A DNA stretch of 42,351 nucleotides from an uncultured Planctomycetaceae bacterium (GCA_964498115.1 CAZCGF010000003.1:1-42351); one strand, 5' to 3'; positions 1 through 8,161 are shown, counted from the stretch's first letter. Translations and numbers: made by a program. Notes: a model not told the origin generated them from the letters alone.

Positions 1-194
1 CCCTGGGTTGGCTCCGATACGCTATTCATTCACGTATCGGTCGCCCCGCTTATTCAGCGAGGCGGGGTTTCCCCATTCAGAGATCTCCGGATCAATGCTC
101 GTTTGACAACTCCCCGGAGCTTATCGCAGCCTACCACGTCTTTCATCGCCTCTGGACGCCTAGGCATCCACCATGTACCCTTACGAGCTTGACC
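1..194 (-). rRNA. rrl: 23S rRNA, 5' end only (gene runs off the left edge of the window)
   Basis: The reverse complement of 1-194 reads GGTCAAGCTCGTAAGGGTACATGGTGGATGCCTAGGCGTCCAGAGGCGATGAAAGACGTGG...GATCTCTGAATGGGGAAACCCC. This is colinear with the conserved 5' end of bacterial 23S (E. coli GGTTAAGCGACTAAGCGTACACGGTGGATGCCCTGGCAGTCAGAGGCGATGAAGGACGTGC...CCGAATGGGGAAACCC). The 5' boundary near 194 is approximate. Confidence 0.9.
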
Positions 195-426
195 ACATTT
201 ATCAATCGCTGATTTGATCCGCCACACCAGTTCACCTGACCTTTCGGTCCGACTCACCGCTGCGACAACCAAGCCAGGCAATCTCAAAATTGTGCCAAGT
301 CGCCGTCGGCGCTCTGCGCTTCCTCCGATTTTCCCAACGGCTGTGAAGGCCGCCAGGTCGTTCAGAAGAAACGTAGAACATTGAGGATCATTGTGATTTC
401 GATCCTCACATATCCACTCTATTCTA

Positions 427-439
427 TTGTCAAAGAGCA
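427..439 (-). promoter_or_regulatory. boxA-like antitermination element in the spacer upstream of 23S
   Basis: The plus strand reads ttgtcaaagagca, whose reverse complement is TGCTCTTTGACAA. This matches E. coli rrn boxA (TGCTCTTTAACAA) at 12 of 13 positions. It lies between tRNA-Ala and the 23S start, where a spacer boxA normally sits. Confidence 0.5.
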
Positions 440-565
440 ATCGAACGATCCTGCGAGCTTTCGGCCGGATGACTCCGACCTCCTTCCCGCCGTCAGCGTT
501 CGGCAATCAACTCGCAGGCAAAGTAACCCGAAAGCAGATTGCCGAAGACTGACTCACCTGTCGAA

Positions 566-638
566 TGGAGCCGACCGGGATCGAACCGGCAACCCCTAGC
601 TTGCAAAGCTAGTGCTCTCCCAATTGAGCTACGGCCCC
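566..638 (-). tRNA. tRNA-Ala (anticodon UGC), CCA not encoded
   Basis: The reverse complement is GGGGCCGTAGCTCAATTGGGAGAGCACTAGCTTTGCAAGCTAGGGGTTGCCGGTTCGATCCCGGTCGGCTCCA. It folds as a cloverleaf: 7-bp acceptor stem with the G3:U70 Ala identity pair, anticodon stem CTAGC/GCTAG, loop TTTGCAA, and T-arm GCCGG-TTCGATC-CCGGT. Confidence 0.95.
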
Positions 639-852
639 GTGATTCTCCGAGAAGGCCACCAGCATTGGGCCATCGTCTCGTCCGGGCCGTCGGGCCTTCC
701 ATTCTCTCGCTGACTGAGAACTCTCAGTCACATCCTTTTGGGCCTCACCCGCCGCCCTTGATCCTCAGGATCAACAGCAACGCGGCAATGCCGATCAGTG
801 CTAATGCACCCCAGTCCATTTTCTCCACCGCAACCACTACGGGCGGCGTGAA

Positions 853-926
853 TGGGCCCGAGTGGACTCGAACCACTGGCCTCGTCCTTATCAGGGACGC
901 GCTCTAACCAACTGAGCTACGAGCCC
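853..926 (-). tRNA. tRNA-Ile (anticodon GAU), CCA not encoded
   Basis: The reverse complement is GGGCTCGTAGCTCAGTTGGTTAGAGCGCGTCCCTGATAAGGACGAGGCCAGTGGTTCGAGTCCACTCGGGCCCA. The acceptor stem pairs fully, the anticodon stem is CGTCC/GGACG with loop CTGATAA, and the T-arm is AGTGG-TTCGAGT-CCACT. Confidence 0.95.
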
Positions 927-1034
927 TACTCTGCCCTCGATTGTCCGATCCATTCAACCTGAGCGACCAACCGAGACACTTATCTCCGGGCCGCCACCGG
1001 CTGCTTTTCACAACGCCTCGCAAAATTTGGCGTC

Positions 1035-1061
1035 AAAAAAACCACCGGCGACTTCCGGTGG
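1035..1061 (-). terminator. Rho-independent terminator (minus-strand orientation)
   Basis: On the minus strand: CCACCGG-AAGTCG-CCGGTGG followed by TTTTTTT. This is a perfect 7-bp GC-rich stem, a 6-nt loop and a 7-T tract. On the plus strand the hairpin is not followed by a T tract. Confidence 0.6.
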
Positions 1062-1493
1062 CTCTTCAAGATCAAAGGGCCTTCCGATTTCAGTCACGCC
1101 GAGCGATTCGTTCTCGCTTCGCAAGTCCGTCGATTCAATCGAACCCTTTCCGCTCTGAAACCGAACCAACTCAATGCAAGTTGAATCACCAACTCGCAGC
1201 ACAGTAATGTAGCACGGCCCGGAACCTTGTCAACCCCGGCAAGCGACATTCGGAGAGGATTTTCTGACGTCCCTAAGTGACCGTCTGGCATAAGGATATG
1301 ACTGCTCTGGCAGACGGCCCCGGAAATTTCTGAACGAGGCCGAAATAGATCGCCCGGCGGCATCGCAGATTTTCGCGGGTCAGATATAATTGCTCCGCTG
1401 TATCGAGTTGAGAATCAAGCGAATGGGCCACTCGACCGGCCTGCATAACAGAACGTCGCGACGTAGCATCGTCCACCAGGAGACGCGAGAGCA

Positions 1494-1682
1494 ATGAGAA
1501 AGACGAAAGAGATCAAGCGAAAGAAGGAACTCGCAGCCATTGAGTTCAAGAAGGGCAACCGCAGCGAGGCGTACAAGATGTGGCGCGAGGCGAAGGTGGA
1601 GCTCGACAAGCTTCGCGGCCGCGACGAGGCCGCCAAGCCGAAAGCGCCCGCCGCTGAAGCAGAAGCCACGGAACAGGCTTAA
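1494..1682 (+). CDS. small Lys/Glu-rich hypothetical protein (62 aa)
   Basis: ATG start with AGGAGA 12 nt upstream. Third-position GC matches neighbouring genes. The sequence is coherent and charged helical-looking (MRKTKEIKRKKELAAIEFKKGNRSEAYKMWREAKVELDKLRG...). No recognisable domain. Confidence 0.5.
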   Translation: MRKTKEIKRKKELAAIEFKKGNRSEAYKMWREAKVELDKLRGRDEAAKPKAPAAEAEATEQA

Positions 1683-1792
1683 TTAACTGCCCCGCTTTTC
1701 ACCGGCCCGGTGTCGGTGACAGGCATATGGCACTTTGCGGCGGCTCGCGCGATCCATCGACGATTGTAGACACGGGCGACAGAATCTCACCG

Positions 1793-2725
1793 ATGCGCTT
1801 CGCCGATCAACTCCTCGACGCAATCGACCGCTACCGGGCGCCCTGCGTCGTCGCGCTGGACCCGGTCTTCAAGAACCTGCCAGACGAACTTACGCGTCCC
1901 CACGGGCCTGATCCCGACTTTGCCGCACAATTGCAGTGCATCGAGGCATTCGCCGACCGGGTGATCGAGTGCATCGCCGGCGCCGTCCCGGCGGTGAAAA
2001 TCAACTCCGCATATTTTGAGGCATACGGGGCAGGGGGAACCGCCTGCTATCACAAGCTATTGCACCGCGCGAAGGCCGCCGGGCTCGTTACCATCGGCGA
2101 CGTGAAGCGTGGGGATGTCGGGCACACGGCCGAGATGTATGCCCGAGCCCATTTATCTGACGCGGCCCTGGCCGACGCGCAGACGCAGGCCATGCCGGAT
2201 GCGGTAACGATCAGCGGTTACTTCGGCAGCGACGGTGCGAGTCCGTTCATCGACATTGCAAAACAAGAGGGGCGCGGCATTTTTGTTCTCGTTCGCACGT
2301 CGAACAAGTCGGCCGCGGCGATTCAGGACGTCGTGACCGGTGACGGTCGCAAGGTTCACGAGATCGTCGCCGGCGAGGTCGCTCGCTGGGCGTCGGAGTC
2401 TGATACCACCGGGCGTCACGGCTATTCGTCGGTCGGCGCCGTCGTGGCCACGCGAAATGCCGCGGACGCCGCCCGATTGCGTCAGGCGATGCCGCAGTCC
2501 ATTTTTCTCGTGCCCGGTTACGGCGCACAGGGCGGCCGCGCCGAGGATTTCCTGCCGTATTTTGACGCGAGCGGCAAGGGCGCGATCATCGCCGCCGGGC
2601 GTTCGGTGATATTTGCGTATGCTGATGCCGCGATGCGCGCGGGGTGTTCGGGCGACTGGCAGGCCTGCGTTCGCAAGTCCTGTCAGGACTTCGTCGCGGA
2701 CATCCGCCGCGCCGCTCGATTGTGA
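1793..2725 (+). CDS. pyrF: orotidine 5'-phosphate decarboxylase, type 2 (long form)
   Basis: Motifs ALDPV, KINSAYFEAYG, IGDVKRGDVGHT (the DxKxxD catalytic block), VLVRTSN and LVPGYGAQGG. The track ORF opens at 1727. I prefer ATG 1793 (MRFADQLLDAI...), but the start is uncertain. Confidence 0.9.
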   Translation: MRFADQLLDAIDRYRAPCVVALDPVFKNLPDELTRPHGPDPDFAAQLQCIEAFADRVIECIAGAVPAVKINSAYFEAYGAGGTACYHKLLHRAKAAGLVTIGDVKRGDVGHTAEMYARAHLSDAALADAQTQAMPDAVTISGYFGSDGASPFIDIAKQEGRGIFVLVRTSNKSAAAIQDVVTGDGRKVHEIVAGEVARWASESDTTGRHGYSSVGAVVATRNAADAARLRQAMPQSIFLVPGYGAQGGRAEDFLPYFDASGKGAIIAAGRSVIFAYADAAMRAGCSGDWQACVRKSCQDFVADIRRAARL

Positions 2726-2760
2726 TGCGCGGCCTGTCCCGAAACGCTCGATTCGCCGGT

Positions 2761-2789
2761 TTGACACCCCCGGCCCTGCCACCTAGCAT
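2761..2789 (+). promoter_or_regulatory. candidate sigma70-type promoter for the PPIase gene
   Basis: TTGACA (2761-2766), a 17-nt spacer, then TAGCAT (2784-2789), about 80 nt upstream of ATG 2869. Sequence match only. Confidence 0.4.
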
Positions 2790-2868
2790 TCACCAACGTC
2801 CGCCTGAGATTGCGGGCTCTCACACGGCATGATTCACCCAACAATCACTATCCAAACGAGGTGCTTAA

Positions 2869-3972
2869 ATGACGCGCTGTATCGTGAAGTTCCATGGGTT
2901 CGCAGCGATCGTCGCCGCGTTCGCCGCCACGACCGTTCTCGCGGATGACAAGGCCAATATGAGCGACGGAAAACCGAAGATCACCGATCGAGCTTACGTG
3001 CGCATGTCCACCACGCTGGGGGACTTCGTCATCGAGCTGAATCGCGAGAAGGCGCCGGGCACGGTTGAAAACTTCCTCGCCTATACCAAGGAAGGGTTCT
3101 ATGAAGGGACGATGTTCCACCGGATCATCAAGAACTTCATGATTCAGGGCGGCGGCATGGAGCCGGGCTACAAGCAGAAGCCGACGAAGGACAAGATCAA
3201 GAACGAGGCGAACAACGGCCTGACCAACGACCGCGGCACGATCTCGATGGCGCGGACGGGCGATCCGCACTCGGCGACGAGCCAGTTCTTCATCAACGTG
3301 CAGGACAATGCGATGTTGAACTTCAAGTCGGAGTCGCCGGGCGGATGGGGCTACTGCGTCTTTGGCAAGGTGATCGACGGGATGGACGTGGTCGACAAGA
3401 TCCGCGATACCCCGGTTGAGATGGACCCGCGCGCCGACGGCCAACAGCCCGCCGCGGCCAAGACGCCGGTCATCATCAAAAAAGTCACCGTATTGGAACA
3501 AAGTGAAGTGAAATCTATCATTGAGGCCGAGCAAAAGCGCATGGCCGAGAAAGCAAAGGAGCAGTCCATGCAGGCAGCCAAAGAGCAGGATGCGGCGAAG
3601 GCACTCGTTCAGTCACGCGGCGGCGACGTCTCCAAGGGCGTCACCACGCCGAGCGGGCTGTGGTATGTGGACGTCACCACGGGCGCCGGCCCGACTTCCA
3701 CCAAGGTCTCCGACAAGGTGAAGGTGCACTACACCGGCTGGCTGACCAACGGCAGCAAGTTCGACTCGTCGGTCGATCGCGGCCAGCCGATCAGCTTCGG
3801 CCTCAATCAGGTCATCGCCGGTTGGACCGAGGGCGTGGGCAGCATGAAGGTCGGCAGCAAGCGGTTGCTCATCATCCCGCCGAATCTTGCCTATGGCGCC
3901 GCCGGTCGGCCGGGCATTCCGCCGAACTCGATCCTCGTGTTCGAAGTCGAGTTGCTTGGAATCAACGAATAG
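2869..3972 (+). CDS. secreted dual peptidyl-prolyl isomerase: N-terminal cyclophilin domain fused to C-terminal FKBP domain
   Basis: Signal-like N-terminus ([18 protein letters not shown]). Cyclophilin motifs [31 protein letters not shown] and [19 protein letters not shown]-rich linker follows. The FKBP block is [60 protein letters not shown]...[14 protein letters not shown] lies about 9 nt upstream of the ATG. Confidence 0.9.
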   Translation: MTRCIVKFHGFAAIVAAFAATTVLADDKANMSDGKPKITDRAYVRMSTTLGDFVIELNREKAPGTVENFLAYTKEGFYEGTMFHRIIKNFMIQGGGMEPGYKQKPTKDKIKNEANNGLTNDRGTISMARTGDPHSATSQFFINVQDNAMLNFKSESPGGWGYCVFGKVIDGMDVVDKIRDTPVEMDPRADGQQPAAAKTPVIIKKVTVLEQSEVKSIIEAEQKRMAEKAKEQSMQAAKEQDAAKALVQSRGGDVSKGVTTPSGLWYVDVTTGAGPTSTKVSDKVKVHYTGWLTNGSKFDSSVDRGQPISFGLNQVIAGWTEGVGSMKVGSKRLLIIPPNLAYGAAGRPGIPPNSILVFEVELLGINE

Positions 3973-4011
3973 TCCGGACCCGGGCCCCGCTATTCGTCGA
4001 AGCCCAGCAAC

Positions 4012-4839
4012 ATGCCAACCGAACCAAAGACGCCCGACTTCGTCGCCAAGGTGCGCCTCGCGCTGGGGAAGAAGCGTGACTCGGACGCGGCCGCGCTGCT
4101 GGTCGAGGGCTTGTCTCATTCGGTGGTGAAGAAGAACACCGATCTGACGCCCTGGCTGAGGTCGCAGTTCGGCGCGGTGGGTGCGAAGCGGCTTCTGACG
4201 GCCCTGACGCATTTTCCATGTTTTTATTGCAAGCGCGGACTGCTGAAGTGCCCTTCATGCAAGGGTCGCGGGCGCGCCAGCGGCGATTGGCCCTGTGAGC
4301 CGTGCGTCGCGCTGGGGATGGCCCGTTGCGACTTCTGCGACGGCTCCGGCTGGGCGACGTACAACTTCGTGCCGGTCGGCCTGCGGCTTTCGGTCATCAT
4401 TGCCCGCGTACAGGCTGCTTCTGCGGAACTCAAGGTGTTGCTCAAGAAGCCGCCCGCCACGGCGTCGCCCGGCAGGCCCGGTGATGTCGCCAAGGCGGTG
4501 TCATCGCAATTACTGGCCCTCAATCGGCTCGCCGGCATTTTTGAAAATGCCCTCGATGCCACAAGGGCCTTTCGCAAGGGCAGCACGGCGAATAAGCAGA
4601 TCGTCCAGAGGATTCGCAAGACGTGCATCGTCGGGTGGAAGAAGCTCGCCCCACGGCTCCGCGACTGCCTGGCAGGTCTCCAGCGCGCGGCCGCCGATGA
4701 GGTCACCGCTTCCAACGGCGCCCAGAGCAAATACGCACAGCGAAAGAAGGATTTCTACGAGCGGCTCGCCACGGCCAAGCACTTCATGAAATCCAACACC
4801 GGCATCGACCACCCATTCCTCAGCCGGGCGGCCCGCTGA
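4012..4839 (+). CDS. hypothetical protein with DnaJ-type CxxCxGxG zinc-finger pair
   Basis: CFYC-x6-CPSCKGRG and CEPC-x7-CDFCDGSG form two CxxC...CxxCxGxG units, as in the DnaJ cysteine-rich domain. The remainder is helical and shows no known motif. The gene starts 39 nt after the PPIase stop, so it is probably co-transcribed. Confidence 0.7.
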   Translation: MPTEPKTPDFVAKVRLALGKKRDSDAAALLVEGLSHSVVKKNTDLTPWLRSQFGAVGAKRLLTALTHFPCFYCKRGLLKCPSCKGRGRASGDWPCEPCVALGMARCDFCDGSGWATYNFVPVGLRLSVIIARVQAASAELKVLLKKPPATASPGRPGDVAKAVSSQLLALNRLAGIFENALDATRAFRKGSTANKQIVQRIRKTCIVGWKKLAPRLRDCLAGLQRAAADEVTASNGAQSKYAQRKKDFYERLATAKHFMKSNTGIDHPFLSRAAR

Positions 4840-4908
4840 CTTGCAGCATCCCATGTTGAGATTGCCCGCTTCGACCGCGCGGGGTGCATCCATCGTGACC
4901 CGATTCGA

Positions 4909-5640
4909 CTACGCCTGGGCCATGGCCGCGTAGTAGCGTTCGGAGACGTTTTTCCAGTTCACGACGTTCCACCATGCCTTGATGTAGTCCGCTCGGCGGT
5001 TCTGGTACTTGAGGTAGTAGGCGTGCTCCCAGACGTCGCACATGAGCAGCGGGATGCTGCCGATCGGCGTCTGCATCTGCTGGTTCATCATGGTGAAGAT
5101 CATCAGGCGCTTGAGGGCCGGGTGATAGGCGAGGACGCCCCAGCCGTTGCCCTCGACCGAAGCGGCCGCGGCGCTGAAGTGTGCCGTGAACTTGTCGAAG
5201 CCGCCGAAGTCGCGGTTGATGTCGGCGGAGAGCTTGCCATCGGGCTTTCCACCGCCGCCCTTGCCGGCAGGGGCCATGTTGTTCCAGAAGACGATGTGGT
5301 TGAAGTAGCCGCCGGTGTGAAAGGCGAGTGCGCGGGAGGCGGAGCCTACGGAGCCGAAGTCTCCGCCGTCGCGGGCCACGGCCAGTGAGGCCATCGCCTT
5401 GTTGAGGCCGTCGGTGTAGCCCTTGTGATGCAGATCGTGATGAATCTTCATCGTCTGGGCGTCGATGTGGGGCTCGAGCGCATCGTAGTCGTAAGGCAGC
5501 GGCGGCAGCTCATATTGAACGGGAGCGCCTCCACCCTCGCCTTCGAATGCGGCGACCGATGAAAAGCCGAGCGCCTCGGGCAAAAGCAACAGTCCGCCGG
5601 TCGCTGCGAGTCCGCTCAAGAATTCGCGTCGGGAAGACAT
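4909..5640 (-). CDS. Fe/Mn-family superoxide dismutase with twin-arginine (Tat) signal peptide
   Basis: LPPLPYDYDALEPHIDAQTMKIHHDLHHKGY and DVWEHAYYLKYQNRRADYI are hallmark Fe/Mn SOD blocks. The N-terminus MSSRREFLSGLAATGGLLLLPEALG matches the S-R-R-x-F-L Tat consensus. I place the start at ATG 5640, with AGGAGG 8 nt upstream. The track's GTG at 5649 overlaps that SD spacing. Confidence 0.92.
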   Translation of the reverse strand: MSSRREFLSGLAATGGLLLLPEALGFSSVAAFEGEGGGAPVQYELPPLPYDYDALEPHIDAQTMKIHHDLHHKGYTDGLNKAMASLAVARDGGDFGSVGSASRALAFHTGGYFNHIVFWNNMAPAGKGGGGKPDGKLSADINRDFGGFDKFTAHFSAAAASVEGNGWGVLAYHPALKRLMIFTMMNQQMQTPIGSIPLLMCDVWEHAYYLKYQNRRADYIKAWWNVVNWKNVSERYYAAMAQA

Positions 5641-5687
5641 GGCAAGCACCTCCTGAATGTTCTGTAAACCGAAATCCTAACCGTCAC

Positions 5688-5697
5688 GAACATGTTC
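5688..5697. promoter_or_regulatory. perfect 10-bp palindrome GAACATGTTC in the SOD upstream region (candidate operator)
   Basis: Read directly from the sequence. It lies 48-57 nt upstream of the SOD ATG, in the 111-nt gap before the next gene. No binding factor can be assigned. Confidence 0.25.
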
Positions 5698-5751
5698 ACG
5701 TCAGTTGCGACCGTTGACAAGGCGATGGGCCCGGCATCGGGATAGAAACGC

Positions 5752-6018
5752 CTATTTTGCGCCGTTTTGCCAGTCGCGAAGATGTCCGGCGAGAAGTTCG
5801 GGACTTTTCTTTTCCATGATGTGGGCGGTTGTGGCCGGGGGGATCTTCAGGTTTTTCATGGCGGTTTCGACCCGCTTCCAGAGCTGGTCGCGCTTCTTGT
5901 CGGTGTCGGCCAGGTATAGCTCGGACACCATGTCGGCCAGCTTGGTCAGCATGATGGTGTCGCGATGGTCGTAGTAGCGATTGATGATCTTGCGCTGATG
6001 TGGTGAGAAGTCGGTCAT
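5752..6018 (-). CDS. small hypothetical protein (88 aa)
   Basis: ATG start 11 nt downstream of the PIN/TRAM gene stop, giving an operon-like arrangement. Coding-like composition (MTDFSPHQRKIINRYYDHRDTIMLTKLADMVSELYLADTDKKRDQLWKRVE...). No recognised domain. Confidence 0.6.
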   Translation of the reverse strand: MTDFSPHQRKIINRYYDHRDTIMLTKLADMVSELYLADTDKKRDQLWKRVETAMKNLKIPPATTAHIMEKKSPELLAGHLRDWQNGAK

Positions 6019-6029
6019 GGCGGCGCTGG

Positions 6030-7160
6030 TCAGGCCTCCTGCTGCGAGGGTCGGCGACGATTGGACTGGGAGACGCCTTCGACGCGGCCGAAGATCATTC
6101 GGCCGGCTGAGGTCTGGAGAACGCTGGTGACGGCGAGGTCGACGATTTCGCCGATGTGGGCGCGACCCTGTTCGATGACGACCATGGTGCCATCCTCGAG
6201 GTAACCGACGCCCTGGCCCTGCTCCTCCCCCGCCTTGACGACTTTGACGGACATCGCCTCGCCGGGGAGGACGATCGGCTTCATGGCGTTGGCGAGGTCG
6301 TTGATGTTGATGATCTGGACGCCGCGGACCTTGGCGACCTTGTTGAGGTTGTAGTCATTGGTCGCCACTCGACCGTTCATGCGCTGAGCGAGCGAGAGCA
6401 GCTTCAGATCGACGGGCTCGGAACGATCGGCGGACATTTCGGGGTCGTCGAGGACCTGAACGTCGATCGACTTGTTGGATTGCAGGCTGTTGAGGACGTC
6501 AAGACCGCGGCGGCCACGATTGCGCTTGAGCTTGTCGCTGGAGTCGGCGACGGCCTGCAACTCGGAAAGGACAAACTTGGGCACGATCAGGCGCTGATCG
6601 AGGATGCCTGTCTCGCAGATGTCGACGATACGGCCGTCGATGATGACGGAGGTATCGAGAATGATCGGTCGCTGGCCCTTGATCTGCTTGGCGAATTCGA
6701 CGTAGGGAATGACGAAGCGAATATCGTCCTTGGTCTGAAGGATGAAGCTGACGCAGAAATAGCAACTGATAAGACCGATCAGGACCCGGGTGATTCCGAT
6801 GCTGGGATGCTCCTTTCCGTCTGCGAAAAGCGCCGGCGAGAACGATTTCATCAGGGCACTGAGCACCTCGTTGGTTCCGTAAGCGATGAGCAGGCCCACG
6901 GCCAAACCGAAGAAAACCCCGGAAATCGCCTGTAGGCTCTTTCGCGAGATGTTGAGGTCGATCAGGACGACGAGTCCGGCCAGCAGGACCGAGCCGATGA
7001 TGAAGACGACGCGGTATTGACCGAGGAATTCGCCCCTCTCCGATTCAGCATAGCTGAGGCCGGTGGCGATGAGGGCAATGAAGAGAAACGCGCGAAGGCA
7101 GAATTGAAGAAGCATGGCGAAGCCCGGGCAGGGACGAATCGCGCAATGAACACCGGCCAT
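6030..7160 (-). CDS. membrane-anchored PIN/TRAM domain protein (YacL-like)
   Basis: N-terminal TM helices come first. The PIN block is PIILDTSVIIDGRIVDICETGILDQRLIVPKFVLSELQ...VATNDYNLNKVAKVRGVQIININDLA. The C-terminal TRAM-like block is GEAMSVKVVKAGEEQGQGVGYLEDGTMVVIEQG...GRMIFGR. An alternative ATG exists at 7115. Confidence 0.85.
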   Translation of the reverse strand: MAGVHCAIRPCPGFAMLLQFCLRAFLFIALIATGLSYAESERGEFLGQYRVVFIIGSVLLAGLVVLIDLNISRKSLQAISGVFFGLAVGLLIAYGTNEVLSALMKSFSPALFADGKEHPSIGITRVLIGLISCYFCVSFILQTKDDIRFVIPYVEFAKQIKGQRPIILDTSVIIDGRIVDICETGILDQRLIVPKFVLSELQAVADSSDKLKRNRGRRGLDVLNSLQSNKSIDVQVLDDPEMSADRSEPVDLKLLSLAQRMNGRVATNDYNLNKVAKVRGVQIININDLANAMKPIVLPGEAMSVKVVKAGEEQGQGVGYLEDGTMVVIEQGRAHIGEIVDLAVTSVLQTSAGRMIFGRVEGVSQSNRRRPSQQEA

Positions 7161-7322
7161 CCGGATAACGCTCGCCGCGGGCCTCGGCGGAAAGAAACGA
7201 TGAATGATGATTGCCCGGGGACCTGCCGGTGACAGCGTCGTCCCAAAACGTAGTATAGCCGCGCGGCAGGCGGGGGACGAGATGCAACCGCGACGGTCGA
7301 AGCAGGGTCGCGTCGTCGCCGA

Positions 7323-7952
7323 TTAGGGGGCTATGAAGGTAAAGTCGATGCGGAAGCCGCCGGGCGCCATGGCATCCTGCTCGAAGGTATAGAGGATGAG
7401 CCCGGTGCCGGTGGTCTGGCGGATGTCGGTCCGCTGGCAGGTGAAATCGACGCCAACCAGGCTTTCGCGGCCGACGGCTGTACCTTCGGTCGGCTCGGCT
7501 TCGAGCGGATCGCCGAGGGGGGCTGCGGAGAAATTGACGCCGGTGATGAGGGCGGCGTTATCGGTGATGTTAATGTTGGGGCTGTTGCGGTTGAGTTCGA
7601 TCAGGCGGACCAGCTCGGCGCCGCCGACGGAGTAAACACCACGACAGGGCTGGGGGATCTGCGCGGTGGTCGCGTTTCCTTCGAGCCGAAGCTGAACGAA
7701 GTTGGTGGGGAGTGCGTCGTTATTGAGCTGGTCAAAGCCGCCCGCGGTGAAGATGGCGCGAAACGGGGTGTTGTTGATAAAGCCAACCTGGATCGCACGT
7801 GGAACAGGGTTTCCGCCGGCGCCGAAATCAGAACGCGCGGCGAGGTTGTTGAAAAGCGAATTCGGAGTGCAGGCAAAGAGGCCGACAACGATGCAGGCGA
7901 CGGCAACCGCCCCCACCCGCCGAACCGTGTAATGAACTGAATTCGTCTTCAT
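7323..7952 (-). CDS. hypothetical secreted protein or lipoprotein
   Basis: MKTNSVHYTVRRVGAVAVACIVVGLFAC-TPN has a hydrophobic signal ending in a lipobox-like LFAC. No catalytic motifs. The track ORF starts 7 codons earlier, at 7973. Confidence 0.6.
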   Translation of the reverse strand: MKTNSVHYTVRRVGAVAVACIVVGLFACTPNSLFNNLAARSDFGAGGNPVPRAIQVGFINNTPFRAIFTAGGFDQLNNDALPTNFVQLRLEGNATTAQIPQPCRGVYSVGGAELVRLIELNRNSPNINITDNAALITGVNFSAAPLGDPLEAEPTEGTAVGRESLVGVDFTCQRTDIRQTTGTGLILYTFEQDAMAPGGFRIDFTFIAP

Positions 7953-8161
7953 TCGAGCACAACTTTCCCGCATCGATGATTCATGTCCGGGCCTGGGACC
8001 ATGCCGGGGCCCACCATGGAGATCGGCATGCGCGGCGACGGTCTGGAAGTCGGCGAAGCGATTCCATGTGCGGTCCGGCGGTAATTGCGCCTGATGTGCA
8101 GCAATTGCCGCGCCCCGGAAGGCGAGGAGGAAGATCAGTGCGAGGAATTCGAGAGACCGGA

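Noticed and set aside
54-506. 150-aa minus-strand ORF at the left edge
   Set aside because: It overlaps the 23S rRNA 5' end (1-194) and the rRNA spacer. It is an rRNA-shadow ORF, not a gene.
539-907. 122-aa plus-strand ORF
   Set aside because: It runs antisense through both tRNA genes and the spacer, and it is Pro/Arg/Ser-rich. Spurious.
1094-1494. Minus-strand ORFs 1094-1363 and 1273-1494 as the gene served by the 1035-1061 terminator
   Set aside because: No SD and an odd composition (Cys/Arg/Ser-rich). The two ORFs overlap each other in different frames and show no motif. I left the region as non-coding.
927-1500. Expected 16S rRNA 3' end upstream of tRNA-Ile
   Set aside because: I looked for the complement of the conserved GGATCACCTCCTT / anti-SD region and other 16S 3' signatures and found none. 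The region instead holds a terminator and leads into pyrF.
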